NCBI RefSeq assembly: GCF_037042905.1 | Contig: NC_087245.1 | Location: 16,680,001 to 16,744,000 of the forward strand | DNA from: Lytechinus pictus | Lineage: Eukaryota | Length of the DNA: 64,000 nucleotides | Direction of reading: 5' to 3' | Part shown: positions 13,076-26,206 of the stretch, piece after piece | Position numbering within the stretch: the first letter of the stretch is position 1 | Layout of the letters: each line of letters opens with the position of its first letter | Notes under the pieces: model-generated | Told to the model about the DNA's origin: nothing | What the model saw: the letters and a program-made list of their open reading frames with translations, nothing else | Database searches by the model: none | Translations under genes and position numbers: made by a program

Positions 13076-16000
13076 CATTCTTTTTTTTTTTTGGGGGGGG
13101 CGGGGTATTCAGGGAAAAAAAGCTGTACGGTAATTACGTTCGTACCACCCGAAGCCATGAAAGTGACTCCGACGGGCCTGATTATAAAAAAATTGAAATT
13201 CGTACAGAAAAAAAGACTCACTTTAAAACGGGCATTGCCATCAAGTAGAGAAAACGAAATATTCCGGACCGTACGGTAACTCTACTGGACTCCCAGATGC
13301 TCGTGTAAATGGCGCCTGGATTTAAAGAATACGCTGTGACACCAGTCCCCCGGAGCCGCTTTGCTAACACCATAGTGAAATGAATGTTTGCCACTTTACT
13401 TTCAAGATAGCGGTTCAAACCAGATATTCCTGTAGAGTGAAAAGAATCGGGATATCAATGGAAACGCTTGTCTGACATTTTATCCGACAAAGTCTTTTTG
13501 CTTCTCAGCCAATCAAAATTAAGAGATGTTATCCATTACAAGTGCCACGGAACGGTTGTGAGGGGGGGAGGGGCTGACGATGCAAAAAAAAAAAATCACA
13601 ATTTGATGTTCATTTTTACGTTTTTGGAAAAAAAGAGGGAGCTGAAGCTCCCCCCCCCCTCCCCGCGGTTCCCCGGCCCTGAATTCTGACAACCTGTGGA
13701 CGAAAATGTTGATGGAATGTTCCGATAGAGATCTTTGTGAACGTTTCCCTATACATCTCTCAGGTTAGGATACCCCCCCCCCCCCATGACAGCCAATCCA
13801 AATTTGACGTATGCTTTCTAGAAGACCACTTTCTAGGGGAAAGCGGGTAAGTTGTGACACTTTTTTGCATTTTGCATGTTAGAATTGATATGACTAATAA
13901 TATTGTAGAAATAAGTACCTTGCCTTTAAGTTTGATTCTTGGGAAATATTTACATTGTGTATGCATTAAGATTGACGATGTACACATTTTTGACAAAAAT
14001 ACTATTGTAAATGCATTTAATAACTTTTTCGCTGATGTTGGGAATGACATTGAAAGAACATTACCAGTTGTACAGAATCATTTTTCAGAGATTTGCATTA
14101 TTCCGGTGAAACAGTTCTAGGAATGTCTTTATGAATATTCATTAGGTGGGCTGATGATGTCATATCCCCACTTGTTCTTTTGTATCTTATTATGTAAAAT
14201 TAGGTTTATTCAAATTTTCTCTACCAAGAACTAAAACAATTGGATTGACAACTGACTAAGTGCACTAGTTATTATTGCCGCTACTATTTCATCATAATGG
14301 AGACACATCATTTACACATACTGAAAAAATGAAACATTTATGATTACATGTAATAAAATAAGAAAAAAGTAAAGTGGGGATGTGACATCATCAACCCGCC
14401 TAATGAATATTCATGACGATTTACACATAACTGTTTTCACAAAGTATTGATAAACTTTAAAATTCAATAACGTCATGATTTGTTATCCGATTTTGATGAA
14501 ATTTTCAGCATTTTCCTTTGTGAATTTTATTCTTTTTATTGAGATATAAATATTTTCAGCCCGGACCATCTCTTTAATGCGATATTTTAACATTCACACA
14601 TTTCGTGTGCATCAATCATGTAAAAGATTATGACAAGAATGAGAATCCATACCTAGACTAACAATATTGTTATTTCTTTCTTATGTTTAAAGACGTGTGT
14701 GGGTAAAAAGCACTGATCTATTTCACACCTTTTTTAAATACTTTTTTTGGCTGAAATTTGTATTTTCTCTCAAAAAAATACTTTTTGTTTCATAATTGAA
14801 AACAATGTGGTGGGGTTAAGGGTTATGCAATGGGTCATCAATACATGACACCACCACAATGTCTGACTCATTCATTATTGGCCTGGGGGTGGTGGCTCAA
14901 CTTGCCCCTATGCATAACTTACCCCGCCTTCCCCTATACTGTCTACTGAGAACATTTCCAAAATGACAGTAAAGACAATTCTTTAGTCCCCATCCCGGTG
15001 GAGATATCTTTTGGATGAGGAGGGTGTGTCCTAGAAGTTCGGGCGTCACACCAGGTGAAATATAGCAATTTCTGAATATCGTGTCAAAATCCATCACAAA
15101 ATTTTATTTTATTCAAGCGGTAACACATTTCGCTCGCACGCAGCTTTACTTAAATTGTGCCTCATAATATATGTAATATGCTCTGCCCCTCATTTTAAGG
15201 AGAAGAAAAAAAAAATTAGATAATTTTTTTTATTTTTTATTTTTTTATTAAAATATCTTTATACAGGATAACAGGCTCAGATTGACTGTTTTTCAGCCTG
15301 GTCCTGTTAACATAAAATAACAATATATACATAATAGATAAAAGAGTAACTTGGGTTCTGTACAGTAATGAGTGAATTCAATAACATTTAAAATCAGAAT
15401 TATCACTAATACAAAATTGTTCAAAGATAAATACACTACCAGTCACAATTCCCAGTCTCACCACTACCTGCCTCAGCCAGAGAACAATAGAATCAGTGAA
15501 CCAAATCCATTGCTCTCCGGCCGAAACAGGCAATAGTGATTCAAAGAAAGGTGACTGGTACTGTATTCATTTTTCGAATTGATGAAATGGGAAAACTATC
15601 CTGTAAACAATACAATAACTATGAAATACAAATTAAGATGTATGATATCATTGACATAGTACATACAAAATTCAACAAAATTTATGAAGGAAATTAAGAA
15701 TATAATTATCATTGAGCATATCATACTAGACTTAAGGATAACATTTTACAAAGGACAGAAGGACAGAAAAAGAAAAAGAAAGATAAAAAGAGAAGAAGTA
15801 AAAGAAAAATGAAGAAAGGAAAGAAGAAAAAGATGATATATAATAGTAATTATAATTTTTGTCAAAATCCGTCACAAATTATATTTTATTTTGAAAAGGT
15901 AACATTTTTATCTCGGTCGCCACTGTATCTCATACGCTATGCTCTAACCCCTCATATTTTAGAGCTCATTCCGCCACATTACCATATACTTTTTCAATAT

Positions 16001-19000
16001 AAGGCGGAGAGGAAGAAGAATTCCTCTTTTATTTTAAATGAAAGGCTGCGCTACGTGATTGTTAAAAGTATTTGGCTCTTTCGACGCTGGTTGTTTTTTC
16101 CACACATGCATGCACTATTTTATAAAAAAAATATCCCAGCTTTTCCAAGCGTGAGAAAAATTCAACATGGATCATCACCTACGTAAGTCATTGATTTTGC
16201 ATACAAAGAAAAATTATCAAATATAAGGGTGACAGCAGGAGCTCACAGAGACGTGAACATGTTGAGACTGTGACCCACATTGGAGAGAAATGTGTACACA
16301 ATATACAGTTTGCTTCGATAAGACATCATAAAACAATACATAAGTAAAGGAAATTTAGAAAAATAAAGTGTTATAAACATACAATAAAAGGTACAATGTC
16401 ATTGGGATATTACACATGCACGTGTAAAACTGATACTTGTCCAATACTCCGGGCTAAAAACAACAATATCTAAATAGATTGGCCCGTATTCTGAAGTCGG
16501 GTTTAACTTAAACTCAGGTTTAAAGTTGTGGTTTAAGTATGGAGAGCCAATTGTTACATAAATCACTATACAGTAGAGATCTCATACTTCAGCTCGTTTG
16601 GCTCTCAAATCATTCATAATTGTCTAGGAAGTATAAAAAGATTATTGTCTTCACCATCGATGAATCAGAAAAGAGAACAGTAAACATAAGAAATATACTA
16701 CTTAATAAAAATTTTTGATACTTTTGGCTTCCCATACTTAAACCACAACTTTAAACCTGAGTTTAAGTTAAACCCGACTTCAGAATACGGGCCATAGAGT
16801 TTAATTCACCGAGCAAAATGCCCAAAAATTTATCAAAATCTGATAACAAATTTAAAGTCGTCATGAATATTGATTAGGTGTCCCCACTTTCTCTTTACTA
16901 ACGTAATTACGCGAATTCGCATTTCATATTTTCATACATGTGTGTATGACATGTATGATATATCTCCCTTATAATGGAATATGTTTCAGCAATGAATATA
17001 TAAAGGAATTAAATCAGTTGTCAATCAATTCCTCAATTCTTGGAGGAAAAAAAATGAATAAACATTATTTTCGTATGATAAAATACAAGAGAACGGGCGG
17101 TGATATGATATCACCATTTCGCTAATTGAATATTCATGAAGACATGCATGGAACTCCAAAGTAATGTAAACCTTAAAAATGTCATAACTTCGTTATTCCT
17201 TCTCCGATTTAGCTGAGATTTTCAGTATTGCAGTTGTCTGAGTTCTCTTCATCAGTTCAAATCATTTTAATCTCAGCCTGAAGTATCCCCTTTAACTTTG
17301 AGGCCCTATAAATTATTTAAAAAAATCAATGGTATTTGAGTTGTACTGAATTGCGAAGTAATATACTACTAAAAAAAAATCAAGATAGTTACTAATCAAT
17401 CGGTGTTTTCATTATCATAATTCATTTAAACCAGCTTTTTGCATATTTTTGGACAGAATAAAATTATCGATTTTTAAACAGAATTTAGTTGAAATGGCAT
17501 TTACAAAAAATCATAATAAATAACAATGAAATTAGAGGGCCGAATGTTTAATACCTGTGGGTAGTGAATATAGCTGACATTTGATTCCTGAGCAGAAAAG
17601 AGTACATCGACAGGCTCATATAAAACAAATCGGCATTTTTAAAGGCATCTGACGCGATCAAATTTATCTCCTGAAACATTAAAATAGCTCTAATTTTTCC
17701 GCCAGTCAAATAGATCTAAAAGTTAAGTGGTATTTCTACCCCATTCTGGAAAAGGAAGTTTAGTAATTGACCTTCCTAGAATCAATGTTAAACCGCTAAT
17801 CATATACATACATTTTAGTCAGTCAGCTGTATCAAATTATGAATATCGGGAAATCTTCGGTTGGTTCGAATGAATATCCGAATATGAATATATATATGAA
17901 TAATATGTAAGCGTCGCGACGACGCGCCGTGGTGTAGCGGTTCTAATCAGAGGGTCATGTGTTCGAATCCCAACATAGCCTAGTATCCTTTGGCAAGGCG
18001 TCAATCCACAATTTGCCACTTTCCAGCCAGGTGGTAATACCCGTAGGATGCGAAAGCCTTTGTAGTATTCCTCACAATTGAGTCTTGGAACTATTGTAGG
18101 AATGCTCACCAGGGAGTGGAGAAGGTGCATTGTATGCGGGCAAGCCAAGATCCGATGACTGGGGTAATAATATATCTGTAGTGTGTTATGAACTAAGCTA
18201 AACATCAATGGTTTGAATGTGCTTGGTTTGTTTAGAATGTGGTTTGAAAATGTCGTTCAATGAGTGATTGCAATCCCTTTTTTGTCACTCCTGTTTCTAA
18301 TATTCCGGTGATACTTATTAGCAAGCTTACCTTTGCCTGATATATTTGTGTAATCAATGCTCTTGATGGCATCGTGTGCAAAGGAAGATACGTTGATGAT
18401 CCGACTTGGGGCGCTCCTCTTGATTAGATTGACCAAGGTCAACGTTAGCAAGAAATGTCCCACGTGGTTCGTTGCCATGGCAATATTATAACCTTCTGGA
18501 GTTGGGCTACAGTCAGAGTAATCGACTAATCATGTATGCAAGTGATAGATTGGACAACAATTTTAATAACGGCAGCAGGGGCTAAAGCCATGCAGGGCAA
18601 TGACAATAGTATAATAGGATTATTTCTAAATAGATGCATGGCGCGCAGGTCAAAATGTAAAATTTGTTCAGCTCGCGCTCCGCGCTCGCACAATTGTTAA
18701 GATAGATACCCATCATATTCATGGTTACAAAATGTGCTAAGAATGTCCAGTTTTGGGTCGAATTATCAAAACGTTTAAGCTCGCGCTCTCATAAAATGAT
18801 TCGTTAGACACCCATCCTGTTCATGATCACCAATAGTGCTTAGAATTTCCAAGTTTCAGGTCAGAATATCATATTTTTAGCTCGTGCTTCGCACTCGCAC
18901 AAGTTTTTAGATAGATATTTAATTCATCTTGTTCATAGTTACAATATTTATATTGACACTCTTTTAGAGCTTCATTGAATTTAAAAACAGGCAGCGGGTC

Positions 19001-20599
19001 TGTGATGTCATATATATAAAATATTCCAACTTGAACATCTTTCTAATAAATAATTATCTATGAGAGTCATAGATGAGTTATTTGAATCAAGTGGGTCCAT
19101 TAATCAGGGGTGAAAAGAGTCGTCATAAACAATGTCTAAGTCATTTGTATAATCAAAGTGATCAAATCAATGTTTAATTCGCCCACTATATAGACTCCTT
19201 TATTTTCATTTTAAACTTTGTTGGATAAAAATATTGACATAAAAAATATTTGTATGTTGGTCTCCATGATAAAAACATAATTATACTATTTTTACGTTTA
19301 GGTTTACTAATTTCAACAAAATAGAAGAAGACATGGATCAAGAAATGAACGAGATAATGGGATCAGCTCTCGATTGCGAACTGGCCACATTATGCTTTAC
19401 AAAATCAGTGAAGACTTTTGTTCCTTTTTGTGTTGTCTGGTTTGGATTTTCTTTGTTTTAAATCGGATTAAGGATAAAGTATTTTGGAGATGGTGAATAG
19501 TCCCAAATGACTTAGAATGAACAGCTTTCATACTACAAAATATTGATAGTTCTAACCTGCATTGTTTATGAGAACGTCAAGTCTCTCCTCTTCTTTCAGA
19601 ATTTCCTCTGCGCACTTTTTGACTGAATTCAAGTCTGATAGGTCTATTTGCTTGAAGATGACATTTTCACTGGATGATCTCTTGCGGACATCGGCTACTG
19701 CGACTTTTGCTTTGGTCGGGTTGCGACATCCCATGATAACCCTTGCTCCTCGGCTAGCAAGGTCAATAGCAGTCTCTCGACCAATACCAGCATTAGCACC
19801 TGCAAGACGATTGAAATAAATGATTATTTACTATCATACTTTTTAACCTGTGTCTTCATGAATATTTTACAAAATGGAAGCGGGTAAAGCGCGCTGACTT
19901 GGGCTGACTTCGTATACATCTATAGGAATTTAACAATTTTAACACGGGGCGAATCATGTAACAGAGGCTCTCAAGGATGAGCTGTGTACAGAGAAACGCC
20001 AGTGTTGACCTTTTGATGGGGGGGGGGGGTAAATATATTTGAGGTTCTTGAAATACATCGAGTTAATTAGAGGCAAGGTGTTTAAAGGTGTGATCTTTCA
20101 ACTGATTGTATTGGTTGGGTACAATTGAAATTTACTCGAGAATTATCATGAACTTTAACATGAATCTTGAATAATGTAGTTGTTAAATTATTATTCATGT
20201 TAAATTATTATTCATACATTGTACGCGCTATGTAACTTTTTGTTTTTAGCGCCTCTAAATATCCATTATTTTTATTATTATTATCTTGATAAATTAATTT
20301 AGTTGTGTCCCTTTCGTCAATTCCATACTAATAAACAATTACTTTTTATTATAATTCTGACAATTTGTTGTTTGGGATGGAATACCTGTTATAAGCACGG
20401 TCTTTCCCATCAGACTCACACGACTGTTCACCCTTCGAATGCTCGTGGAATACCACCCGTCATATGCAGCATAAGATATTACGACAGTCCCAGTCACAAC
20501 GAGGGCGAATTTTACAGAGAAAGAAGCCTTGGTAAACCATTCCAAAGACTGATGGATGAGATCCTTTGAGTGTGTTAGCGAGTCTTCAACAAATTCCAT
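8804..20599 (-). CDS. Retinol dehydrogenase 11/12/13-like short-chain dehydrogenase/reductase; 5 coding exons: 20599-20386, 19799-19557, 18525-18331, 13429-13222, 9011-8804 (1068 nt, 355 aa)
   Basis: Spliced by hand. All introns are GT..AG with consistent phases (1,1,1,2). Motifs: N-terminal hydrophobic anchor, GKTVLITGANAGIG (Rossmann TGxxxGxG), LDVLINNA, ATNHVGHFLLT, SRIINVSS, catalytic YLESK, SLNPG, GAQTTIYCAV, A.QLWDIT. Confidence 0.93.
9540..12320 (+). mobile_element. Decayed non-LTR retrotransposon (CR1/L2-group LINE), 5' half only, in the last intron of the SDR gene, antisense to it
   Basis: ORF1 with SGNH esterase motifs followed by an ORF2 AP-endonuclease region; no RT domain follows. 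5' boundary approximate. Confidence 0.85.
9985..11045 (+). pseudogene. LINE ORF1 (coiled-coil plus SGNH/esterase domain), frameshifted near 10910
   Basis: VLLIGDSML, SFTGAKIHDV, VILHLGTNNI; continues in another frame as KIDAVNARLKLL...NNSAIYPDIHL. Confidence 0.8.
11134..12323 (+). pseudogene. LINE ORF2 N-terminal apurinic-endonuclease domain, disrupted
   Basis: LLLNIRGL, (TGA at 11449) LCLNET, RRDRNRSGGGVAIYI, frameshift near 11630, CIYRPP, LGDINCD, PTRVT..TLIDTIF, ISDHYMV, PWIDSNIRKLM. Confidence 0.88.
13222..13429 (-). CDS. SDR/RDH-like gene, exon 4 (catalytic YxxSK)
   Basis: Acceptor ctacag|; reads ISGLNRYLESKVANIHFTMVLAKRLRGTGVTAYSLNPG; donor |gtgagt. Confidence 0.94.
13955..14100 (+). 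pseudogene. Small LINE ORF2 linker fragment
   Basis: DKNTIVNAFNNFFADVG resembles the conserved FNxFFxxIG segment that precedes the RT domain of CR1/L2 ORF2. Confidence 0.5.
16481..16793. mobile_element. MITE with ~62-bp perfect TIRs, nested in an older Kolobok-like MITE (~16445-17295)
   Basis: GGCCCGTATTCTGAAGTCGGGTTTAACTTAAACTCAGGTTTAAAGTTGTGGTTTAAGTATGG, with its exact reverse complement ending at 16793. The host element ends in ...ATCCCCT|TTAA. Confidence 0.85.
17923..18200 (+). mobile_element. tRNA-derived SINE, decayed
   Basis: A-box-like GTGGTGTAGCGG and B-box GTTCGAATCCC, followed by body TCCTTTGGCAAGGCG..ATCCACA, which is also seen in the SINE at 34640. Confidence 0.6.
18331..18525 (-). 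CDS. SDR/RDH-like gene, exon 3
   Basis: Reads DYSDCSPTPEGYNIAMATNHVGHFLLTLTLVNLIKRSAPSRIINVSSFAH; donor |gtaagc. Confidence 0.92.
19557..19799 (-). CDS. SDR/RDH-like gene, exon 2
   Basis: Acceptor ttgcag|; reads (G)ANAGIGRETAIDLASRGARVIMGCRN...DLSDLNSVKKCAEEILKEEERLDVLINNA; GT donor. Confidence 0.95.
20386..20599 (-). CDS. SDR/RDH-like gene, coding exon 1 (ATG, hydrophobic segment, GKTVLIT)
   Basis: ATG at 20599; reads MEFVEDSL...VKFALVVTGTVVISYAAY...LMGKTVLITG; GT donor at 20385-20384. Confidence 0.88.
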
Positions 20600-23500
20600 G
20601 TCTAATTAATGTTACTTTTCCAACGTCTGAGAACTTGAACAAAACGCGTTTTTCTGGTCGCATCAGTTCTGTTTAGGATAATATCATTTCACAGATGTGT
20701 TCCGTTCATGCAGACATTTTGACTCAGGCAGATCCATAATTTGAAAATGGGATGAGAGGATTCGCAGAAAATGGATCCACTAATTTATGCGAGCGCGAAG
20801 GTCGAGCTGATTTTTTTAATATTTTGACCCAAAGTTGGACATTCAGAGCACTTTTCTAACTATATCTAGGAACGTCACCAAACTGAACAATTGATGTGAG
20901 CGCGAAGAGCGAAATAAAAAAAATTGATATTTTGAGCAAAAATTTGGACTTTATAAGCACTTCTGATTGTAATCACGAACAAGATGAAAATGTGAAGCAT
21001 TAATTTGGCGCCCCAGGTCAAACATTAAATTGGCGCCCCAAAAGTCGAACATCACTTTGGCGCACCTTCCCCCCGAGATTAAAGTTAATTTGGTACCCCT
21101 TAATTACAGGACAATTTGACGCCCCTCCTTGGTCGAACACCAATTCGGCGCCCCTAGGTTGATCATCGATTCTGCGCCCTTATGTCGAACATCTATTCAG
21201 CGAACTTTTGTCGATCATCAATTCGGGGCTCCCTTCGCTCTTCTCTTTTTCTTTCCCCTTTTTTCTCTTTCTCTTCTTCGTTCCCTCTTTTTTCTCCCCC
21301 TTTCCTGGTTTTTGTAAAAAAATAAAATGCGCACTTACTGCAAAAACCAGGGAAATTGTTCAGTGGAATGTCGCCTATCTTTCCAAAAAAGCTTATCTAG
21401 ACGACTGACAAATATTAATTGCGGTTTTTTAGTCACATGAGTCTATTCATCATGTTCATGATAGCTTAATTTTCATAGATTTGTTTCATTCGTGCTGATA
21501 AAAGCCAACGAATGAATGTTACATGGGTGCATTCATTTCTTTCATTTTTAATCGTGCGGATCCAGAATTTTAGAATGGGCAGAGGGGAATCACATTCATG
21601 TTGGTTACATTTCTGCCATTTATCATATACCAACCAGTTCCAGGGGTGCTGTCTATGGAAAATAACACACGCTGCACCCAAAGGAAACTCTTGGAGGTGC
21701 TGTACTCAGCACCACTAGCACCCCCGCTTCCGAGGCCCTCGAGTAAGGTTATTATATTTTGGGGGTGATCATCATAATCATTATTATTTTGTTACGTTTC
21801 TGGGGAAAGTGTGTTTGTTCATTTTTTGTTGGGGGGTGGAGTAAAATTTAATATGATGAAGGGAAATTTGTCGAATTTCTTCGATAAATAATGGGTATAA
21901 AACAGTCTTTAATACAAATCTAGTTATCTAAGATATTTGTTGGTAAAGTTTTTATTATATTTGTGGGTGTTTATTTTTTTATGAGGGTAAAGTACGTTTC
22001 TGTGGGTGAGTTTTTTTTTACATTTGTGGGGGGGGGGGCTGATTCTATTTTTTCTACGAAGGAGCTTCCACACGTCCCACAATCTCCGGTAGACGAATCG
22101 AGGCTGACTGCCGTGCGTGGCGAAGTGGTTTATTGACTATTATTTTTTTCTCAGGACAGACATTGGCGGCGGAAGCATACATATTGAGGGGGGGGGGGGG
22201 GGGGAATCATTTTCACCCGAATTTTCCAGTCGGCTGCTAAAATCTGTTTTTTTGTATTTTTGTTTACGGGGTAGTCTACACTAAAGTGTAGTTTTAAGTA
22301 ACACCCCCCCAAGTTTTTCTTACAAATATGATGAGATATTTGACAAGGCAGGCGCATTTACAGGATTTTGCACCCATTGGGCCTACCTGATTTTTGTGCC
22401 ATTGTGTACTTTTCGGAAAATGGCGCCCCATGAACATGAATAATGAACAGGATAATATCTAAATAAACCTTTTATGTGAGCGCGCAGCGCGAGCTGAAAT
22501 GGTTGATAACCTGACCTAAAATTTTAAAATAATCACATTGGGTCATCAAGCAGGATGGATATCAAACTGAACATTTCATTCGAACACGTAGCGCAAGCTA
22601 AAAATCTTTGATCTAACAAAAAAAATGGACATTCTATTAAAGCACTTTTGTGACCATGAACAGGATGGGTATCTATCAAAACAATTGATGTGAAAATTTT
22701 TGATATTCTGACCTAAAATTTAGACATTCTAAGCACTTTTAATCATAAACTGAATGGGTATCTAAACTTAACATACTGTGCGTCTTTTTCATGTAATGAC
22801 CCGATATTTTTTTCAGTTCCAGTTATCCCCTCCCCTTAATTTATTCACATTTCTTTTTCTTCTTACCTTGTTCTCTTCTCCTTTTTTTTTTTACATTTGT
22901 TCTTCTTCGTGTAGCGCCAAGACCGCGGCGGGTGTGGTCCAGAAAGCAAAGCCCCAGCTGCATATATATTTGTAAATCTGATTTTGATCGATCCCTTCTC
23001 GGTTTTAGTGAATATTAATTTGTGATTGATACCATGGATAGATCATTTAATTTTCTTTAAAAATAATACCCTACATGATATGATTATGATTCACATGGAA
23101 GTGCAGTGCCTTGAAATGTGGAGCAAAGTCAAAATTCAAAAGTTGCGAAATGACACAATTATGAAAGTCACTGTTCTTTTTTCCGTCTTGATGAATGTGT
23201 TTCTCAGCGGTTTCTTTTGTTTTCATGCACCTTAACATCAACAATAACATGGGGATCTGTGATATAACATGGTTTGAGCCGTGGTTTGAAATACCCATGT
23301 ATGTGTGTTTGTTGTTATGTGTTTGCCTGTGCAGATGTATGTTTGATTACATGTAGAGTAGAATCAAGGATGAAGCAAAGTTTACACTATGTTGTAAAGC
23401 TTTCGGCCCTGGCCTTCTTCAGTATTTATTTGCTAAACAAAATAAATAAAGCAAAACATAGAATAAGCAACAGAACGAACATAATGGAAAATAATAGCGA

Positions 23501-23616
23501 ATTGAAGCAAAACGAAAACAAATATGAGAAATCTTATGGTAATTACACGGAATAATAAAGGATCATACTCAACAGAAACAAAAAGTAAAGTGAAATAGTA
23601 CCTGTAATGGGTCATA

Positions 23617-23730
23617 GCAAATTCTTCTGAATTAGGGTTGTGTTGTGTTGTCTCTTCGCTTTTAATACATTTTACTTTGTAAATAACACACGCACGGTAG
23701 ACAACACAACCCTAATTCAGAATAATTTGC
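23617..23730. repeat. Short inverted-repeat element (30-bp arms)
   Basis: GCAAATTCTTCTGAATTAGGGTTGTGTTGT ... ACAACACAACCCTAATTCAGAATAATTTGC. Confidence 0.7.
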
Positions 23731-24700
23731 CCTTTCTTTTTCATGGAGTCTTTTTGTGGGGTGAGGCGGCCCCCATTTAATATATATATATGACAGTGAC
23801 CAACATCTTTGCTTTTCTAAAGAACTTAATTTTTTACCATTGCAATTCTTTCCTTTCAAGACCCTATTTTTTAATCAATAAAGTATGATAATAATTTGCT
23901 TATAAATAATTACAGTTTAGCTATAATCTTTTTTATTTCTTCACCCCATTTAAAGTTTCTATTGTTTTGTATTCTGTTCAATAATGACGATAATATTAAT
24001 GTATTTGCACGAAAAGGGAATTTTTTAAGGACAATGTGTGTCACTAATCACAAGCGCAACCTGAAAAGAGACATTTAAACAATATCTGATGTAGCATTGT
24101 CCACTTTGGGGATGGTGGTGGATTTTTTTTTCCTTTTCCCCGATATGTTTCTCGAAGGTGCTTTTTTTTTCTCTCTTTTCGGGGGGAGGGGTAGCCCCCA
24201 GGAATTTGGGTACGATTTTGTTTGGTTTTTTTTACAGGGGGTGCTGATGTGAATTTGACAAACAAAAAATGCGCGAGCTTGATTTTTGTTTTGTTCAGAT
24301 GTAACATTGTAAACGTTCCGTGCGAGCTGAGATTTCTCAAACTCACTCAGTAAACAAATCAACCGAAATGCAAATGGAGGGGGGGGGGGGCATTATAGCC
24401 TCCTGTGTCCCTCTTTAAATTTTAGGGGGCAGGGCCATGTCCACGGAGGATTAGTCTATTGTTACTGGGGGTGCTGAGCATTGTCACAGCACCCCCAGTA
24501 ACGTTAGGTAATCCTCCGTAGCCAGGTCCATGGGAGGACGTGTCCCCTGCCCCCCACCCCCTGATGTGATGCCCTGTCCTCTACACCCTTAATTTACAGT
24601 CACACCAACGAAACAATCGACCGATGGTACGTCATTGGTAAAATATGTAATAGCTTTGGTCGGTCTGGAGTCGCTTCCGCCGGTGTGACTGTGAGACTTA

Positions 24701-26206
24701 TACCTCGGTCACATTTGCTCTACAGCGGCCGTACGGCGAGTCAAAAACAGCCGTTTTATTCATTTTTGTCTCGCCTGCATAGCAGAGCGAGACTATAGGC
24801 GCCGCTTTTCCGACGGCGGCGGCGGCGGCGGCGTCAACATCAAATCTTAACCTAAGGTTAAGTTTTTGAAATGACATCATAACTTAGAAAGTATATAGAC
24901 CTAGTTCATGAAACTTGGACATAAGATTAATCAAGTATTACTGAACATCCTGCCTGAGTTTCAGGTCACATGACCAAGGTCAAAGGTCATTTAGGGTCAA
25001 TGAACTTAGACCATGTTGGGAAAATTATTTTCAAAATCTTAACCGAAGGTTAAGTTTTTGAAATGACATCATAACTTATAAAGTATATGGACCTAGTTCA
25101 TGAAACTTGGGCATAAGGTTAATCAAGTATTAGTGAACATCCTGCTCGAGTTTCAGGTCACGTGACCAAGGTCAAAGGTCATTTAGGGTCAATGAACTTT
25201 GGTCAGGTTGGGGGTATTTGTTGAATTACTATCATAACTTTGAAAATTTATGGATCTAGTCCATGAAACTTGGACATAAGGTTAATCAAGTATTAGTGAA
25301 CATCCTGCCTGAGTTTCAGGTCACATGACCAAGGTCAAAGGTCATTTAGGGTCAATGAACTTTGGCCAAGTTTGGGATATTTGTTGAATTACCATCATAA
25401 CTTTGAAAATGTATGGATTTAGTTCATGAAACTTGGACATAAGAGTAATCAAGTACCACTGAATATCCTGTGCGAGTTTCAGGTCACATGACCATGGTCA
25501 ATGGTCATTTAAGGTCAATGAACTTTGGCCGTGTTGGGGGTATATGTTAAATTACCATCCTAACTCTGAAAGTTTATGGATCTAGTTCATAAAACTTGGA
25601 CATAAGAGTAATCAAGTATCACTGAACATCCTGTACGAATTTCAGGTCACATGACCATGGTCAAAGGTCATTAAAGGTCAATTAACTTTGGCCGTGTTGG
25701 GGGTATTTGTTGAATTACCATCCTAACTCTGAAAGTTTATGGATCTAGTTCATAAAACTTGGGATATAAGAGTAATCAAGCATCACTGAACATCCCCTGT
25801 GAGTTTCAGGTCACAAAACCAAGTCAAAGGTCAGTTAAGGTAAATAAACTTAGGCCATGTTGGGGTAATTGTTGAAGTGCCATCATAACTTTGAAATTTT
25901 ATGGATAGAGTGAATGAAATGTGGACATGGGTGTAGTTGACAGTCTTAAGTCTCCGTTCAAATGTCATTTATGGTCAATGAACGTGGTATTATGTCATTA
26001 TATGAATGTTTTTTTTGTGAATGATTATTTTATAGTAGTTTTCAAAGTTAGCACTGCTGCTATATTAAATTGCGTGATGCAGGCGAGACTGCCAGAGGCG
26101 TTCCACTTGTTATTCAAACCACCTATATTTAGCTGGTACAAAAAATGTTAAAACGACTGTTTTCGACTCGCCGTACGGCCGCCGTAGAACAAATGTGTCC
26201 GAGGTA
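24701..26206. mobile_element. MITE with ~58-bp TIRs and TTA TSD (PIF/Harbinger-like), interrupted by a Helentron-like element
   Basis: TTA|TACCTCGGTCACATTTGCTCTAC..GCCGTACGGCGAGTC ... GACTCGCCGTACGGCCGCCGTAGAACAAATGTGTCCGAGGTA|TTA. Confidence 0.8.
24763..26111 (-). mobile_element. Second Helentron-like element with internal ~120-bp tandem repeats (reverse orientation)
   Basis: Reverse-complement homolog of 6644-8104: TTTTTGTCTCGCCTGCATAGCAGAGCGAGAC ... GCAGGCGAGACTGCCAGAGGCGTTCCACTTGTT. Confidence 0.75.

Noticed and set aside
23161..23235. Signal-peptide-like MKVTVLFSVLMNVFLSGFFCFHAP
   Set aside because: Ends in a stop after 24 codons with no supported continuation.
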